NCBI GenBank assembly: GCA_039796295.1
Contig: JBDKJY010000005.1
Span: 125,324 to 189,323 of the forward strand
Source: Verrucomicrobiota bacterium
GTDB taxonomy: Bacteria; Verrucomicrobiota; Verrucomicrobiia; Limisphaerales; SXTU01
Reading direction: 5' to 3'
DNA: 64,000 nucleotides
Part shown: one piece after another, positions 48,222 to 58,400 of the stretch
Layout: each line of letters opens with the position of its first letter
Position numbering within the stretch: the stretch's first letter is position 1
The notes under the pieces: model-generated
Databases searched by the model: none
Seen by the model: only the letters and a program-made list of their open reading frames with translations
What the model was told of the DNA's origin: nothing
Position numbers and translations under genes: made by a program

Positions 48222-49085
48222 CTACTTGTTGCTGTTCTGCTGGGCAACGTTGTCGAGCGCCGTGGTGAGGTTCGCGCCTGGGCTGGTGCCAGCACCGGCG
48301 GTGTTGCCGGCGGTGGTGATCGGTTGGGCGGCGGGAGTGGACGGCGGGGTTTGGTTAGGGTTTTGGTTTCCCTGAGTTCCGGTGCCGGCCGTCTCGACCT
48401 TGGCCACTTCGACGAACTTGGACTCCAGGGCGGCTTTTACTTCGGGCGAAGTCGTCTGCACTTTTGGCTCCACAGCGGGGCTGGTGCCGGTCGGCGAAGT
48501 TCCGGGCGTGAACTCTTGGTTGGCCGCCACGGTGGTGTTTTTGGTGGTGGGCTGGCCATTCTGCACGGCGGGCGTCTGGACTTCCACCGTGCCAGACTTC
48601 ACGACCACGCTGCCATTGGCGGTGAGGGCGAACTCAGCCGGCTTGACGGTCAGTTCGCCTTTGGGCGTGGTCACGGAGAACTTCGTGTCGGCCTTCATGC
48701 CGGTCGTGTTGCCGACGAGACCGCCAGAATTGACGATGATCTTCACTTCGGCTGGAACGGCGGCGGCGGTGGGGGTCGCGGGGGTCGCGGGGCTGGCCTT
48801 TTGGATGGTCAGATCAGAACTGGCCGTGACCTGAAATGCGGCGGCGGCGTTGCCGAGGTAGACGTCCACGGAGCCGCTCCCACCCGTGGTGATGCGCGAG
48901 CCTTCGGGCAGGGTCATGCCGGCCTTGAGTTTGATCTGCTTGCCGTCCGGCCCGGTGACCCAGGCGCGCGGGGAGACGCCTTTGACGACAATGCCGTTGG
49001 CGGCCGCTGCGCCCGTCTGCGCGGAGACGGTCATGGCGGCGCACGCAAAGGCGAGCAGGGAGGAGAGGAGTTGAGACAGCTTCAT
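48222..49085 (-). CDS. secreted FecR-like domain protein with Thr/Pro-rich tail
   Basis: Signal peptide MKLSQLLSSLLAFACAAMTVSAQ. The pattern KAGMTLPEGSRITTGGSGSVDVYLGNAAAAFQVTASSDLTI is FecR-like. Confidence 0.6.
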   Translation of the reverse strand: MKLSQLLSSLLAFACAAMTVSAQTGAAAANGIVVKGVSPRAWVTGPDGKQIKLKAGMTLPEGSRITTGGSGSVDVYLGNAAAAFQVTASSDLTIQKASPATPATPTAAAVPAEVKIIVNSGGLVGNTTGMKADTKFSVTTPKGELTVKPAEFALTANGSVVVKSGTVEVQTPAVQNGQPTTKNTTVAANQEFTPGTSPTGTSPAVEPKVQTTSPEVKAALESKFVEVAKVETAGTGTQGNQNPNQTPPSTPAAQPITTAGNTAGAGTSPGANLTTALDNVAQQNSNK

Positions 49086-49453
49086 AAATTTGGCTTGGTC
49101 GAGAAAGTGAAACTACACCGACACGAGCACGTTGCTATTAACCGAAGCCGCGCGGTTCCGAAAGGATTGTTGGGTTACATTGCCGTGACAGATGGCAAAT
49201 GGGGCTTACTTCCCAGTGGGATGAGTCATCGCTGACGACCACGCTACCCAGCTCTCAACTAAAGGGCCGAACTCGCCGATGGTTCAAGTGCTGAACTGCC
49301 AACCCCAGTCCCGGCGCGCGTCCGCTTGAGGGGTTGGGATTGGAACGACGCCTGGAGCTCAGGATTTGCGCTCAGAGGGCGCGAATCGCCCCTCTAAGCC
49401 CAGCAGCCTTAGTGGTAGAACAGTGGAACCTAAATCCGGCAGTTGGAATTGAG

Positions 49454-49592
49454 CGCAAAGACGCAAAGACGCAGAGCCGCAAAGGGAACCGACTGGGTTG
49501 GTTGTGACTCGCCACTCACCGTGCAGGTGAACACGGTGTAACCCGGTGCCCCAACCCAATCCCTTCCTCCCTGCGCCCTTGCGTCTTTGCGT
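49454..49592. other. nested imperfect hairpin (~130 nt) beginning with four tandem CGCAAAGA-like octamers
   Basis: Octamers at 49454-49485. Pairings: 49461-49473/49580-49592 (13 bp), 49482-49487/49560-49565, 49494-49501/49551-49558, 49517-49523/49532-49538. It lies in a 790-bp divergent intergenic region. Confidence 0.5.
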
Positions 49593-49875
49593 TAACTGCG
49601 GTTTCCAGGTTGAACGGGGTGATTCGCCCCACGTTACCCCTTGGTGACGATTTGCCGGGCAAGCACGGAGGGAGTTGATCGCAGGATGGTTAAGTCACTT
49701 TACCACAGTTGTTTGCGATGTGTTGATGCCGCGTCCAAATCCTGTCTTCACGTGTCCTGAGAGGGGCAGATGTTCTTGAGGGAAGTCTCCTATCCTAAAA
49801 AGCGTGGGCAGGTGCTCACAACCGTAGTGTCCCTGCGGCCAACAGAAAACGTTAGTCAACACACTGAAACAGCAC

Positions 49876-50697
49876 ATGATGAAGAAAATTAGCACGCTGG
49901 TCGTAGCCGGTGCCGGGGCCATGCTGATGGCTCAGAGCGCTCAAGCCACGCTGGCTTACAGCAACGGTGACATGCTCCTCGGCTTCCGTAAGGACAGCCA
50001 GAGCAGCAACTTGGAAGTCAACCTGGGTTCCGTGAACCAGATCATCAACATCTTGGGCACGGGCCAGACCCTGTCCTTCAGCAGCAAGTTCACCTCCGGT
50101 GACATCACGGCGGGCGTGGGCACGGCCGGTTCCGGCTCCCTGAACAGCGCCATCTGGTCTGTCAGCGCGGGGATCAACGCCCTCAACCAGAGCGGCATCA
50201 CCGCTCCCAACCGGACCCTCTGGCTCACCAGCGGTCGCGGCGTGAACAGCGCGGACATCAACACGCAGACCACGCCCTTGCAGCGGGCTTCGCTCAGCAC
50301 CCAGGGCAACACGGTTTCGCCCCTGCTGACCATCGGCACCGGCTTCGCTGCGGCCACGGGCAATGCCGGCAGCACCACCGCGGCGGTAGTCGCCAACGGG
50401 GCTAACTCCTATGCTGACAACATCGGCAGCGGCAACTTTGGCACCTTCGACAGCAACATCGAAAACACCCTCGGCGCTTCCTTCACCAGCGGCGGCTCCG
50501 TCGCCCGCTCGGATTACTACCAGCTCACCCCCGGCAGTGGCAATGGCACCTACCTCGGCTACTTCGAACTGAGCCAGGGCGGCGCGCTGTCCTTCGTCGC
50601 CGTGCCCGAGTCCGGCACGTTCGCGGCCTCCATCGGTGCTGGCCTCATGGCCCTCGCCCTCCTGCGCGCTCACCGCAAGAGCCTCGCCTCCGCCTAA
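49876..50697 (+). CDS. secreted protein with PEP-CTERM-like (VPESG) C-terminal sorting signal
   Basis: Signal peptide MMKKISTLVVAGAGAMLMAQSAQA. C-terminus VAVPESGTFAASIGAGLMALALLRAHRKSLASA. The N-terminal ~230 aa are homologous to 61987-63291. Confidence 0.75.
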   Translation: MMKKISTLVVAGAGAMLMAQSAQATLAYSNGDMLLGFRKDSQSSNLEVNLGSVNQIINILGTGQTLSFSSKFTSGDITAGVGTAGSGSLNSAIWSVSAGINALNQSGITAPNRTLWLTSGRGVNSADINTQTTPLQRASLSTQGNTVSPLLTIGTGFAAATGNAGSTTAAVVANGANSYADNIGSGNFGTFDSNIENTLGASFTSGGSVARSDYYQLTPGSGNGTYLGYFELSQGGALSFVAVPESGTFAASIGAGLMALALLRAHRKSLASA

Positions 50698-50774
50698 ATC
50701 AACCTCCCTGTTAAACACTTAACCGTAGTTCAACCAACGTTAGTAACCGCAGTCTCAGTAATTAAATCCACACC

Positions 50775-52004
50775 ATGAAACTCAATAAAAACATCCTCAC
50801 TGCTGCTGCGAGCCTGATGCTCGCCGCGTCGGCCCACGCCGACTTCAGCATCTACATCACCGGCTCCACGGCATTCCGTGGCGCGGCTTATACGAGCATC
50901 CTCTCGCTCTACGATGCTGCCGGCCTGAACGTGAACGCCTCCGCCGGCACGGCGAAGCCCTTCACCACCATCGCGAACCCCGAGGCCCCCGGCAAACCCG
51001 TCACGGCTGGCACGGTCACCACCTACAGCGGTGCCAACGCCATGGCCTTTAGCGGCACGATGCCGGCCTTCGGGTCCCAGATCGTGACCATCTATTGCCT
51101 CTGGAGCGGCTCCGTGGAAGGCATCCGTGACGTGACGCTGAACACTTCCCTGGACTTCCTCAGCACGGCTGTCAGCCAGACCAGCGCGTTCGCCGATGCC
51201 GGTCAGACCACCACGGCGGACTTCGCGTTCTCGGACGTGTTCCAAGCCTCGACGACCTACAAGACCCCCACGCTCCAGGGCACGAAGGTCGGCGTCATCC
51301 CGTTCGCGCTCGTGAAGAACCAGGGCGCTCCCGCTAACCTCACGAACATCTCGCACCAGCAGGCCATCACCCTGTTCGCTAACGGCGTGGTTTCCTTGCC
51401 GTTCATCACCGGTGACCTCACGGGTGACACCAACAAGGTGGCGTGCTTGATCGGCCGCTACAACGGCTCCGGCACCCGCTACGCGGTCTTCGCCGACACC
51501 GGCTACGGCGCGCTGAAGAGCTCCGTGAACTACAAGTATAGCGCCAACGCCGGTCCCGGCAGCACCCCGGCCTTCACCGCTGTGACGCCTGACCCGAACG
51601 TCGGTCACACCAGCGGCAGCAGTGTCAAGACCGACGTCAGCTTCGCCATCAGCACCGCGCTGAACGCGGCGGGTGACACTTATGTCACCGGCTACGCCAT
51701 CGGCTACCTCGGCGTCAAAGACGCCTACGGCGTGACCGGCAACGGCTCTGGTGCGTTGAACCTCACGTATGACGGTGCTGCTTACAGCCCCGCTAACGTC
51801 TACAACGGCACCTACACCATGTGGAGCTACCAGCACATCTACAACAAGTCCGGCCTCAGCACGGACAAGACCACGTTCAAGGCTAACCTCGCGGCGGCCA
51901 TCCCGAACAACCTGGGCAGCGGCACCGGCGCGAGCGGTCTCAAGCTCACCGATATGTCCGTCCAGCGTTCCGTGGACGGCGGCCCCATCGGCACCCAGTA
52001 TTAA
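50775..52004 (+). CDS. secreted PstS-like (PBP_like_2-type) substrate-binding-fold protein
   Basis: Signal peptide. ITGSTAFRGAAY, WSGSVEGIRDV, FAFSDV, LTNISHQQAITLFANG...RYNGSGTRYAVF match the periplasmic binding protein type-2 pattern (LT..Q...IF.G...R...SGT...F). Confidence 0.65.
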   Translation: MKLNKNILTAAASLMLAASAHADFSIYITGSTAFRGAAYTSILSLYDAAGLNVNASAGTAKPFTTIANPEAPGKPVTAGTVTTYSGANAMAFSGTMPAFGSQIVTIYCLWSGSVEGIRDVTLNTSLDFLSTAVSQTSAFADAGQTTTADFAFSDVFQASTTYKTPTLQGTKVGVIPFALVKNQGAPANLTNISHQQAITLFANGVVSLPFITGDLTGDTNKVACLIGRYNGSGTRYAVFADTGYGALKSSVNYKYSANAGPGSTPAFTAVTPDPNVGHTSGSSVKTDVSFAISTALNAAGDTYVTGYAIGYLGVKDAYGVTGNGSGALNLTYDGAAYSPANVYNGTYTMWSYQHIYNKSGLSTDKTTFKANLAAAIPNNLGSGTGASGLKLTDMSVQRSVDGGPIGTQY

Positions 52005-52031
52005 GCTAACCGCTTAAAACTTCTGACTCAG

Positions 52032-52063
52032 ACAGCGCGGGCTTCGGCCCGCGCTGTTTTTTT
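52032..52063 (+). terminator. rho-independent terminator
   Basis: 11-bp stem ACAGCGCGGGC / GCCCGCGCTGT with a UUCG loop, followed by T7. Confidence 0.85.
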
Positions 52064-52413
52064 GTGCCCTGTTCCAACCCGTGAACCGCCCACCGCGAGA
52101 GCGGGAGCCACGCCTGTTCAGTCCAGCGGATGGTGCGCGGACGCCTACATCCGCAAGTCGGCGGCGCAGTTGTTACCGATCCGGCCCGCCCGGAGTATTC
52201 CCACGGTTCGTATGGACAGGTGACATTCTGCCAAGGAAAGCCATTCGCGCGAAGACCGAGTGGGAAAATCAAGGGTCCGTAACCGAGCGCGGGGTTCCGT
52301 AACGGATCGCCAGGGAACGTCGCTTGGCGATGGCGCTCACCGGTTGTTTGATGGCGACGCGACTCATACCCAGTCGCTCCCAACCACATCCTGCCCCCGA
52401 CTCCGCTGCCCAT

Positions 52414-55400
52414 ATGAAAAACCTGTTCCTGAATGCTGCCCTGATCCGCACCCTGCGCTGGTGCGGCGCATTGACCGTGTGCCTGCTCGCGTTGCAACCA
52501 GCCGCCAGCGTGGCCGGCCCGTTCTCGGCCGGAAACCTGGCGGTCATCCAAGGCGAAGGTTCCGCCAGCAACACCAACGCGACGGTGATTGAGCTGAACA
52601 CCACGACAGCCAGCCAGTCCGCCGTGCAATCCATCGCCATTGATGGGACGACCATGCCCGGCTCAATGCGGTTCAGTGCCTCGGCCTCGAGCACCATGTA
52701 TTTGGCGCTGAACAATGACGGCACGTTGCTCGTGTTCAACGGCGCGAACACGAACCACGGCGCGGCAAATGTGAACACTTACCTGCGGCGCGGCATCGGC
52801 TCCCTGAACCCGCTGGGCACCTTCGGAATCCAGACGACTTACGATGGCACCAGCGGCAACCAGACGCGCGGGGCCTCCAGCGTGGACAACGTCAACTGGC
52901 TCATCGGCGACCAGGGCGGCATCTACACGAACGGTGCGACGGCCGCCAGCGGCACCGGGAACATGCGCGGGATCAAGTCTTTTGGCGGCACGGTCTATGG
53001 CTTTCAAGCCTCCGCCTCGTTGCCACCGGTGGGCACCGTTACCGCCACGGCCTACACCGCGTTGACGGGCCTGGCGAACGGCAACGCGAACAAGACGGAC
53101 TTTTACCTGATCTCTTCCGGCAGCAACGGCTCCACTTACGATGTCCTCTACGTCGTCGAGGCCACGTCGGCGACGGTGGGCGTGATTTCCAAGTATTCGC
53201 TCGTGACCGGCTCATGGACGGCGAACGGAACTTACGCGACGACCTTCGGTGGGTTCGGTTTGGCGGCTGCGAAGAATGGCAGCGGTGCGAATCTTTACGT
53301 GACGACCGGCTCCGGGGCCACCTCGGCCAACAGCGTGATCAAATTGGCGGACACCGCTGGCTACAACTCCACGATCAGCATCACGACCGGCAACAACGTG
53401 ACGCTCTTCACCGCGGCAACGGGCAAGCTGCTCAAGGGCATCACCTTCGCGCCCAACGGCATTGTCACGAGCGGCACGCTCTCGGCGGTGAGCACGACCT
53501 ACGGCACGGCGTCGAGCGCCGCATCGTTCACGGCCTCCGGCGCGGGTCTCACGGCGGACCTCGTGGTGACGGCGCCCAGTGGGTTTGAAGTCTCCACCAC
53601 GATTGGCTCCGGTTACGGCGCGAGCGTCAGCCTGACGCCGACCAGCGGGACGGTGTCCGCCACCACGGTTTACGTGCGCTTGGCCGCGACCACGGCGGCC
53701 GGCTCCTACTCCGGCAACGTCGTCTGCACCAGCACGGGCGTGACGACGCAGAACGTGGCCATGCCGTCCAGCACCGTGAGCGCCAAGGGCCTGACCATCA
53801 CGGGCCTGAGCGGGGTGAGCCGGAACTACAACGGCACGACGGCGGCGACCCTGACCGGCACGGCGGCCTTGAGCGGCGTGCTGGTCGGCGATGTCAGCAA
53901 CGTGACACTCGGCGGTTCGCCGACGGCGACGTTCGCCACGGCGGGTGCGGGCACCAGCAAGGCAATCACGGTGACGGGATATTCCATTAGCGGTTCGGCG
54001 GCGGCGAATTACAGCCTCGCCCAGCCCACCGGTTTGATCGCCGACATCAACCAAACCGCGCTGACCATTACGGCGAACAACGTGTCGAAGGCGCTCGGTG
54101 CCACGCTCACCAGCGGTTCCGGCTCCACGGCCTTCACCAGCGCGGGTCTGGTGAACTCGGAGACCATCGGCACGGTGACGATCACCTATGGCAGCGGCGC
54201 GGCGGCGGGGGATTCCGTGGGCACTTACACCGGCTCGGTCACGCCGTCGGCGGCGACGGGCGGGACGTTTACCGCAGCGAACTACGCCATTACCTACACA
54301 GCGGGCGACATCAACGTGAGCGCCAGCCCGGCGATCAACGTCAGCGGCACCCTGAGCGCGGTGAACGCCACCTACGGCAGCCCGTCGCCGACGCCCACGA
54401 GCTTCACCGCTTCCGGCGGCAACCTGACGGGGAACCTCACCGTCACGGCCCCGGCGAACTTTGAAGTCTCTACCACGCTCGGCTCCGGTTACGGCGCGAG
54501 CCTGAACCTCACGGCCTCCGGCGGCACGGTGGCGAACACCACGATCTACGTGCGCCTCGCGGCGGGACCGGTGGTGGGAAATTATTCGGGCAACGTGTCC
54601 GTGTCCGGCGGCGGCGCGACCACGCAAACTGTGGCGATTCCTTCCAGCTCGGTGTCGGCGAAGGGACTGACCATCACCGGCCTCAGCGGCGTGAACAAAG
54701 TTTACGACCGCAACAACACGGCGACCCTCACGGGCACGGCGGCGTTGAGCGGCGTGGTGAGCGGCGATGAAAGCAACGTGACGCTCGCGGGCACGCCCAG
54801 CGCGACGTTTGCCACCATCACGGTCGGCACGATCAAGGCGATCACCGTCACGGGCTACTCGCTCACCGGCTCGGCGGCGGCGCAATACACTCTCGCGCAA
54901 CCCGCCGGACTCACGGCGGACATCACGGCCAAGGCGCTCACCATCACCAGCGCGGCGGTGACGACGAAGGCTTACGACGGCACCACGGCAGCCACGATCA
55001 CCGGCACGCTTTCCGGCGTAGTCTCGCCCGACGCGGTTACGCTGAACGGCACGGGCACCTTCGCCAGCGCTGGCCCTGGCGTGGGTTTGGCGGTGACTTC
55101 GACCAGCACGCTCGGCGGGGCTGATGCCGGCAATTATTCGCTCACGCAGCCCACCGGCCTGACGGGCACCATCACGGGCAGCGCGAACGCCGATCTCTCC
55201 GCGCTAACCGTGAACGGCGGCCAGCTCTGGCTCTCACCGAACTTCGCGGGCAGCACGACGAACTACACGACCTACCCGGACCACGCGACCAACAGCATCA
55301 CGATCACGCCGACCGTGGCGGACGCGAATGCGACGGTGAAGGTCAACGGCACCACCGTCACCTCCGGCACGGCCAGTGCGGCCATCTCGATCAACCACGG

Positions 55401-58400
55401 CACGAACATCATCACCGTGGTGGTGACCGCGCAGGACGCGGTCACGACGAAGACGAACACGATCATCGCCATCCGGTCGGCGACCTCGCTCCTCCCGGGG
55501 GCGATTGCCTTCACGGGCTTCGATGCCGATGGCAGCGATGACATCGCCTTCGTCGCGCTGACGAACATCCCAGCCAACACGGTGATTCACTTCGGCGACA
55601 ACGCGTGGAACGGCTCCGCCATTGGTTCCGGCGGGGCCTTCGCGGGCTTCACCGAAAGCGAGTGGGTGTGGATTGCTCCCGCAGGCGGCCTCGCGGCGGG
55701 CACCGTGGTGGCGATCAATAACTTGGCCGCCACCCCGACCGTCACCGCAGGCACGATGGAGTTTGTGGACACCGCGAACCGTGGTCTGAGCACCACGGCG
55801 GAAACCATCTATGCCTTCCAGGGCTCCTCGCACGTCCCGACGGTTTTCTTGGCGGGCATTTCCTCGGAGACCGGCACGCCTTTCCAAAACACCGGCCTTT
55901 CCGGTGGCGCGGCGGTGACCTTGAGCAGCAGCTCGGACGGCGCCCGCTACAAAGGCGCGCGCACGGGGCAGACGACGTTCGCCGCTTGCCTCGCGCTGAT
56001 TGGCGACGTGGCGAACAACTGGGATGACATCGCCAATGGTGACGGCACGACGTATCTGCCGTTCAGCAGCACGGCGTTCACGGCCACGGCCTTTGACGCC
56101 AACGTGAGCATCAACGATGTGTCGGTCACCGAAGGCGACGCTGGCACCAAGACGCTCACGTTCACCGTCACGCGCTCCGGCAACGCCGGGGCGTTCACCC
56201 TCGACTACGCCACCGCCAACGGCACCGCGACGACGGCAAACAGCGATTACGCCGCCACGAACGGGACGCTGAACTTCACCGCAGCAGGCAGCCTCACGCT
56301 GACGGTGGACGTCACGCTCAACGGTGACACCACGGCGGAAGGCGACGAAACGTTCGTAGTCAATCTGTCCAACGTCATCAACTCGCTCGGCACCGCGACG
56401 GTCACGAAGTCGCAGGGCACCGGCACGATCCTCAACGACGACCCCGTCGCACCGAGCATCAGCGTGCAGCCCGCCAGCGTGACCATCGCGACCGGCTCGG
56501 CCACGACCTTGAGCATCACCGCCTCGGGCACGCCGACGCCGACGTATCAGTGGTATCTCGGCGCGAGCGGCAACACGGCCAGTCCGATCTCCGGGGCGAC
56601 CTCCGCCACCTACACCACGGCGGTGCTGCTGGCCAACACCAGCTACTGGGTGCGGGTGTCGAACAGCGCCGGCACGGTGGACAGCACCACGGCGGCGGTC
56701 ACGGTGAGTTACGCCACGCCCTACGCGAGCACGAACCTTGCAGTCCTCGCCCCCAACACTGCGGCGTGGAATCCGGCGGGCGTCACGGTGAATGGCACGA
56801 CCTTCATCAACCTCGGCCTGCAAGGCATGGGCCGCGTGCCCGCCAGCGCGATTGATTCGGCCACGGGTGAATCCCTCGGCTCGATCTCCGACATGCAGAT
56901 CAGCGGCTGGAAGAAGAACACGGACGGCAGCTACAGCGGCACGCTGAACACGCTCCCCGACCGCGGCTATAACAACGGCGCGACGTTCTCGAACTACCGG
57001 GCGCGCCTCAACAACTTCGCCTTCACGTTCACGCCTTACACGAACTCGACGCCCACCAACGCGCAGAACCAGATCGCGCTGACCTTCACCGGCTCGACCG
57101 CCTTCACCTACAACAATGGCGCGGGCCAGAAGTTTACGACGGGCCTCCCCGCTGACGGCACCGCGTCGCTCTTCGGCACCACGGTGCCCGTGGCCGCCGG
57201 TAACACGACGCAGAGCGATGGCACGGTGGCCAACCGCCTGACGCTCGATTCCGAAGGCCTCATCCTCGACCAACGCGCGGGCAAGAGCGGCGCGGGCTGG
57301 ATCGGCGACGAATACGGCGGCTCGATCTACCACTTCAACAGCTCGAAGCAGATTGACGGGCAACTCATCCTGCCCGCCGCGCTGATCCCGCACTCGCCCG
57401 TCGGCACGGTTAATTTCAATGGCACGCCGGTCAACGGTCGCCGCGACAACCAAGGCATGGAAGGCATTGCGCAAAGTCCGGACGGCACGCGGCTCTTCGC
57501 GCTGATGCAGAGCGCCACGATCCAGGACACTGGCTCGGGCAATCAGGGCCGTTATAACACCCGCCTGCTCGTCTATGACATCTCCTCCACCGACACGCCG
57601 ACCGATCCGATCGCGCAGTATGTGATCCAGCTCCCGCGCATCGACACCACCGGCTCCACAAGCAACGGCACCACGGTGGACAAGGTCGGCGCGCAAAGCT
57701 CCATCGTCGCGTTGAGCACCAATCAAATCCTGATCCTCTCCCGCGATGGCAACGGGCGCGGCTCCAGCGGCTCGCCGGTCTTCAAGTCCGTCCTGCTCGC
57801 CGACCTCTCGTCCGCCTCGAACATCGACGGCAGCTACGACGCCGAAGGCGCAGCGGTCGCGCCGAGTGGCACGCTCACGGCCGGCGTGACGCCGCTGGCG
57901 TGGACGGAAGCGCTGAACATGGTGGGCAAGCTCGGCGCAACCACGGCCGAAGTGGAGAAGTTCGGCTTGAATCTCAACACCGCCCCCGGCGACACCAATA
58001 CCATCAGCGAGAAGTGGGAGGCGCTCACGTTGGTCTCCGCGAATGACGCAGCGAACCCGAACGACTACTTCCTCTTCGTTGGCAACGACAACGACTTCAT
58101 CACCGGCACCGGCAAATATCTGGACGCGAGCGGCACGGTGCAGAGCTACAACGCCGGCCTTGAGAACGACTCCATCGTGCTTGTCTGGCGCGTGCGCATG
58201 ACCAGCTCGTTCAACCAGCCGCCGTTCGTCGCCAACGCGATCGCGGATCAGACGTCCGTGGCTACGGCGGCGTTCTCCTTCGCCTTTGCGGCGAACACGT
58301 TTGCTGATCCGGAAAGCCAGACGCTGACCTACACGGCCACCAAGGCGGACGACACCGCCCTGCCCTCCTGGCTCACGTTCAACTCCAGCACGCGCACCTT

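Noticed and set aside
49325-49402. tRNA-length (74 nt + CCA-like end) segment with a T-arm-like GGGCG-CGAAT-CGCCC and a terminal CTCTAAG-C-CCA; also a D-loop-like TAGTGGTAGAAC at ~49410
   Set aside because: The acceptor stem has a mismatch and two G-U pairs. The putative anticodon arm closes a 5-nt loop and the T-loop is 5 nt instead of 7, so there is no valid cloverleaf. At best it is a degenerate tRNA-like relic; tRNAscan-SE or ARAGORN would settle it.
49820-49856. AACCGTAGT / AACGTTAGT motifs shared by the upstream regions of 49876 and 50775 (also 50721-50744); GTTAGTCAAC also occurs in the TA palindrome at 9427
   Set aside because: The motifs are short and their spacing differs (28 vs 15 bp). 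Chance recurrence cannot be excluded without genome-wide statistics.
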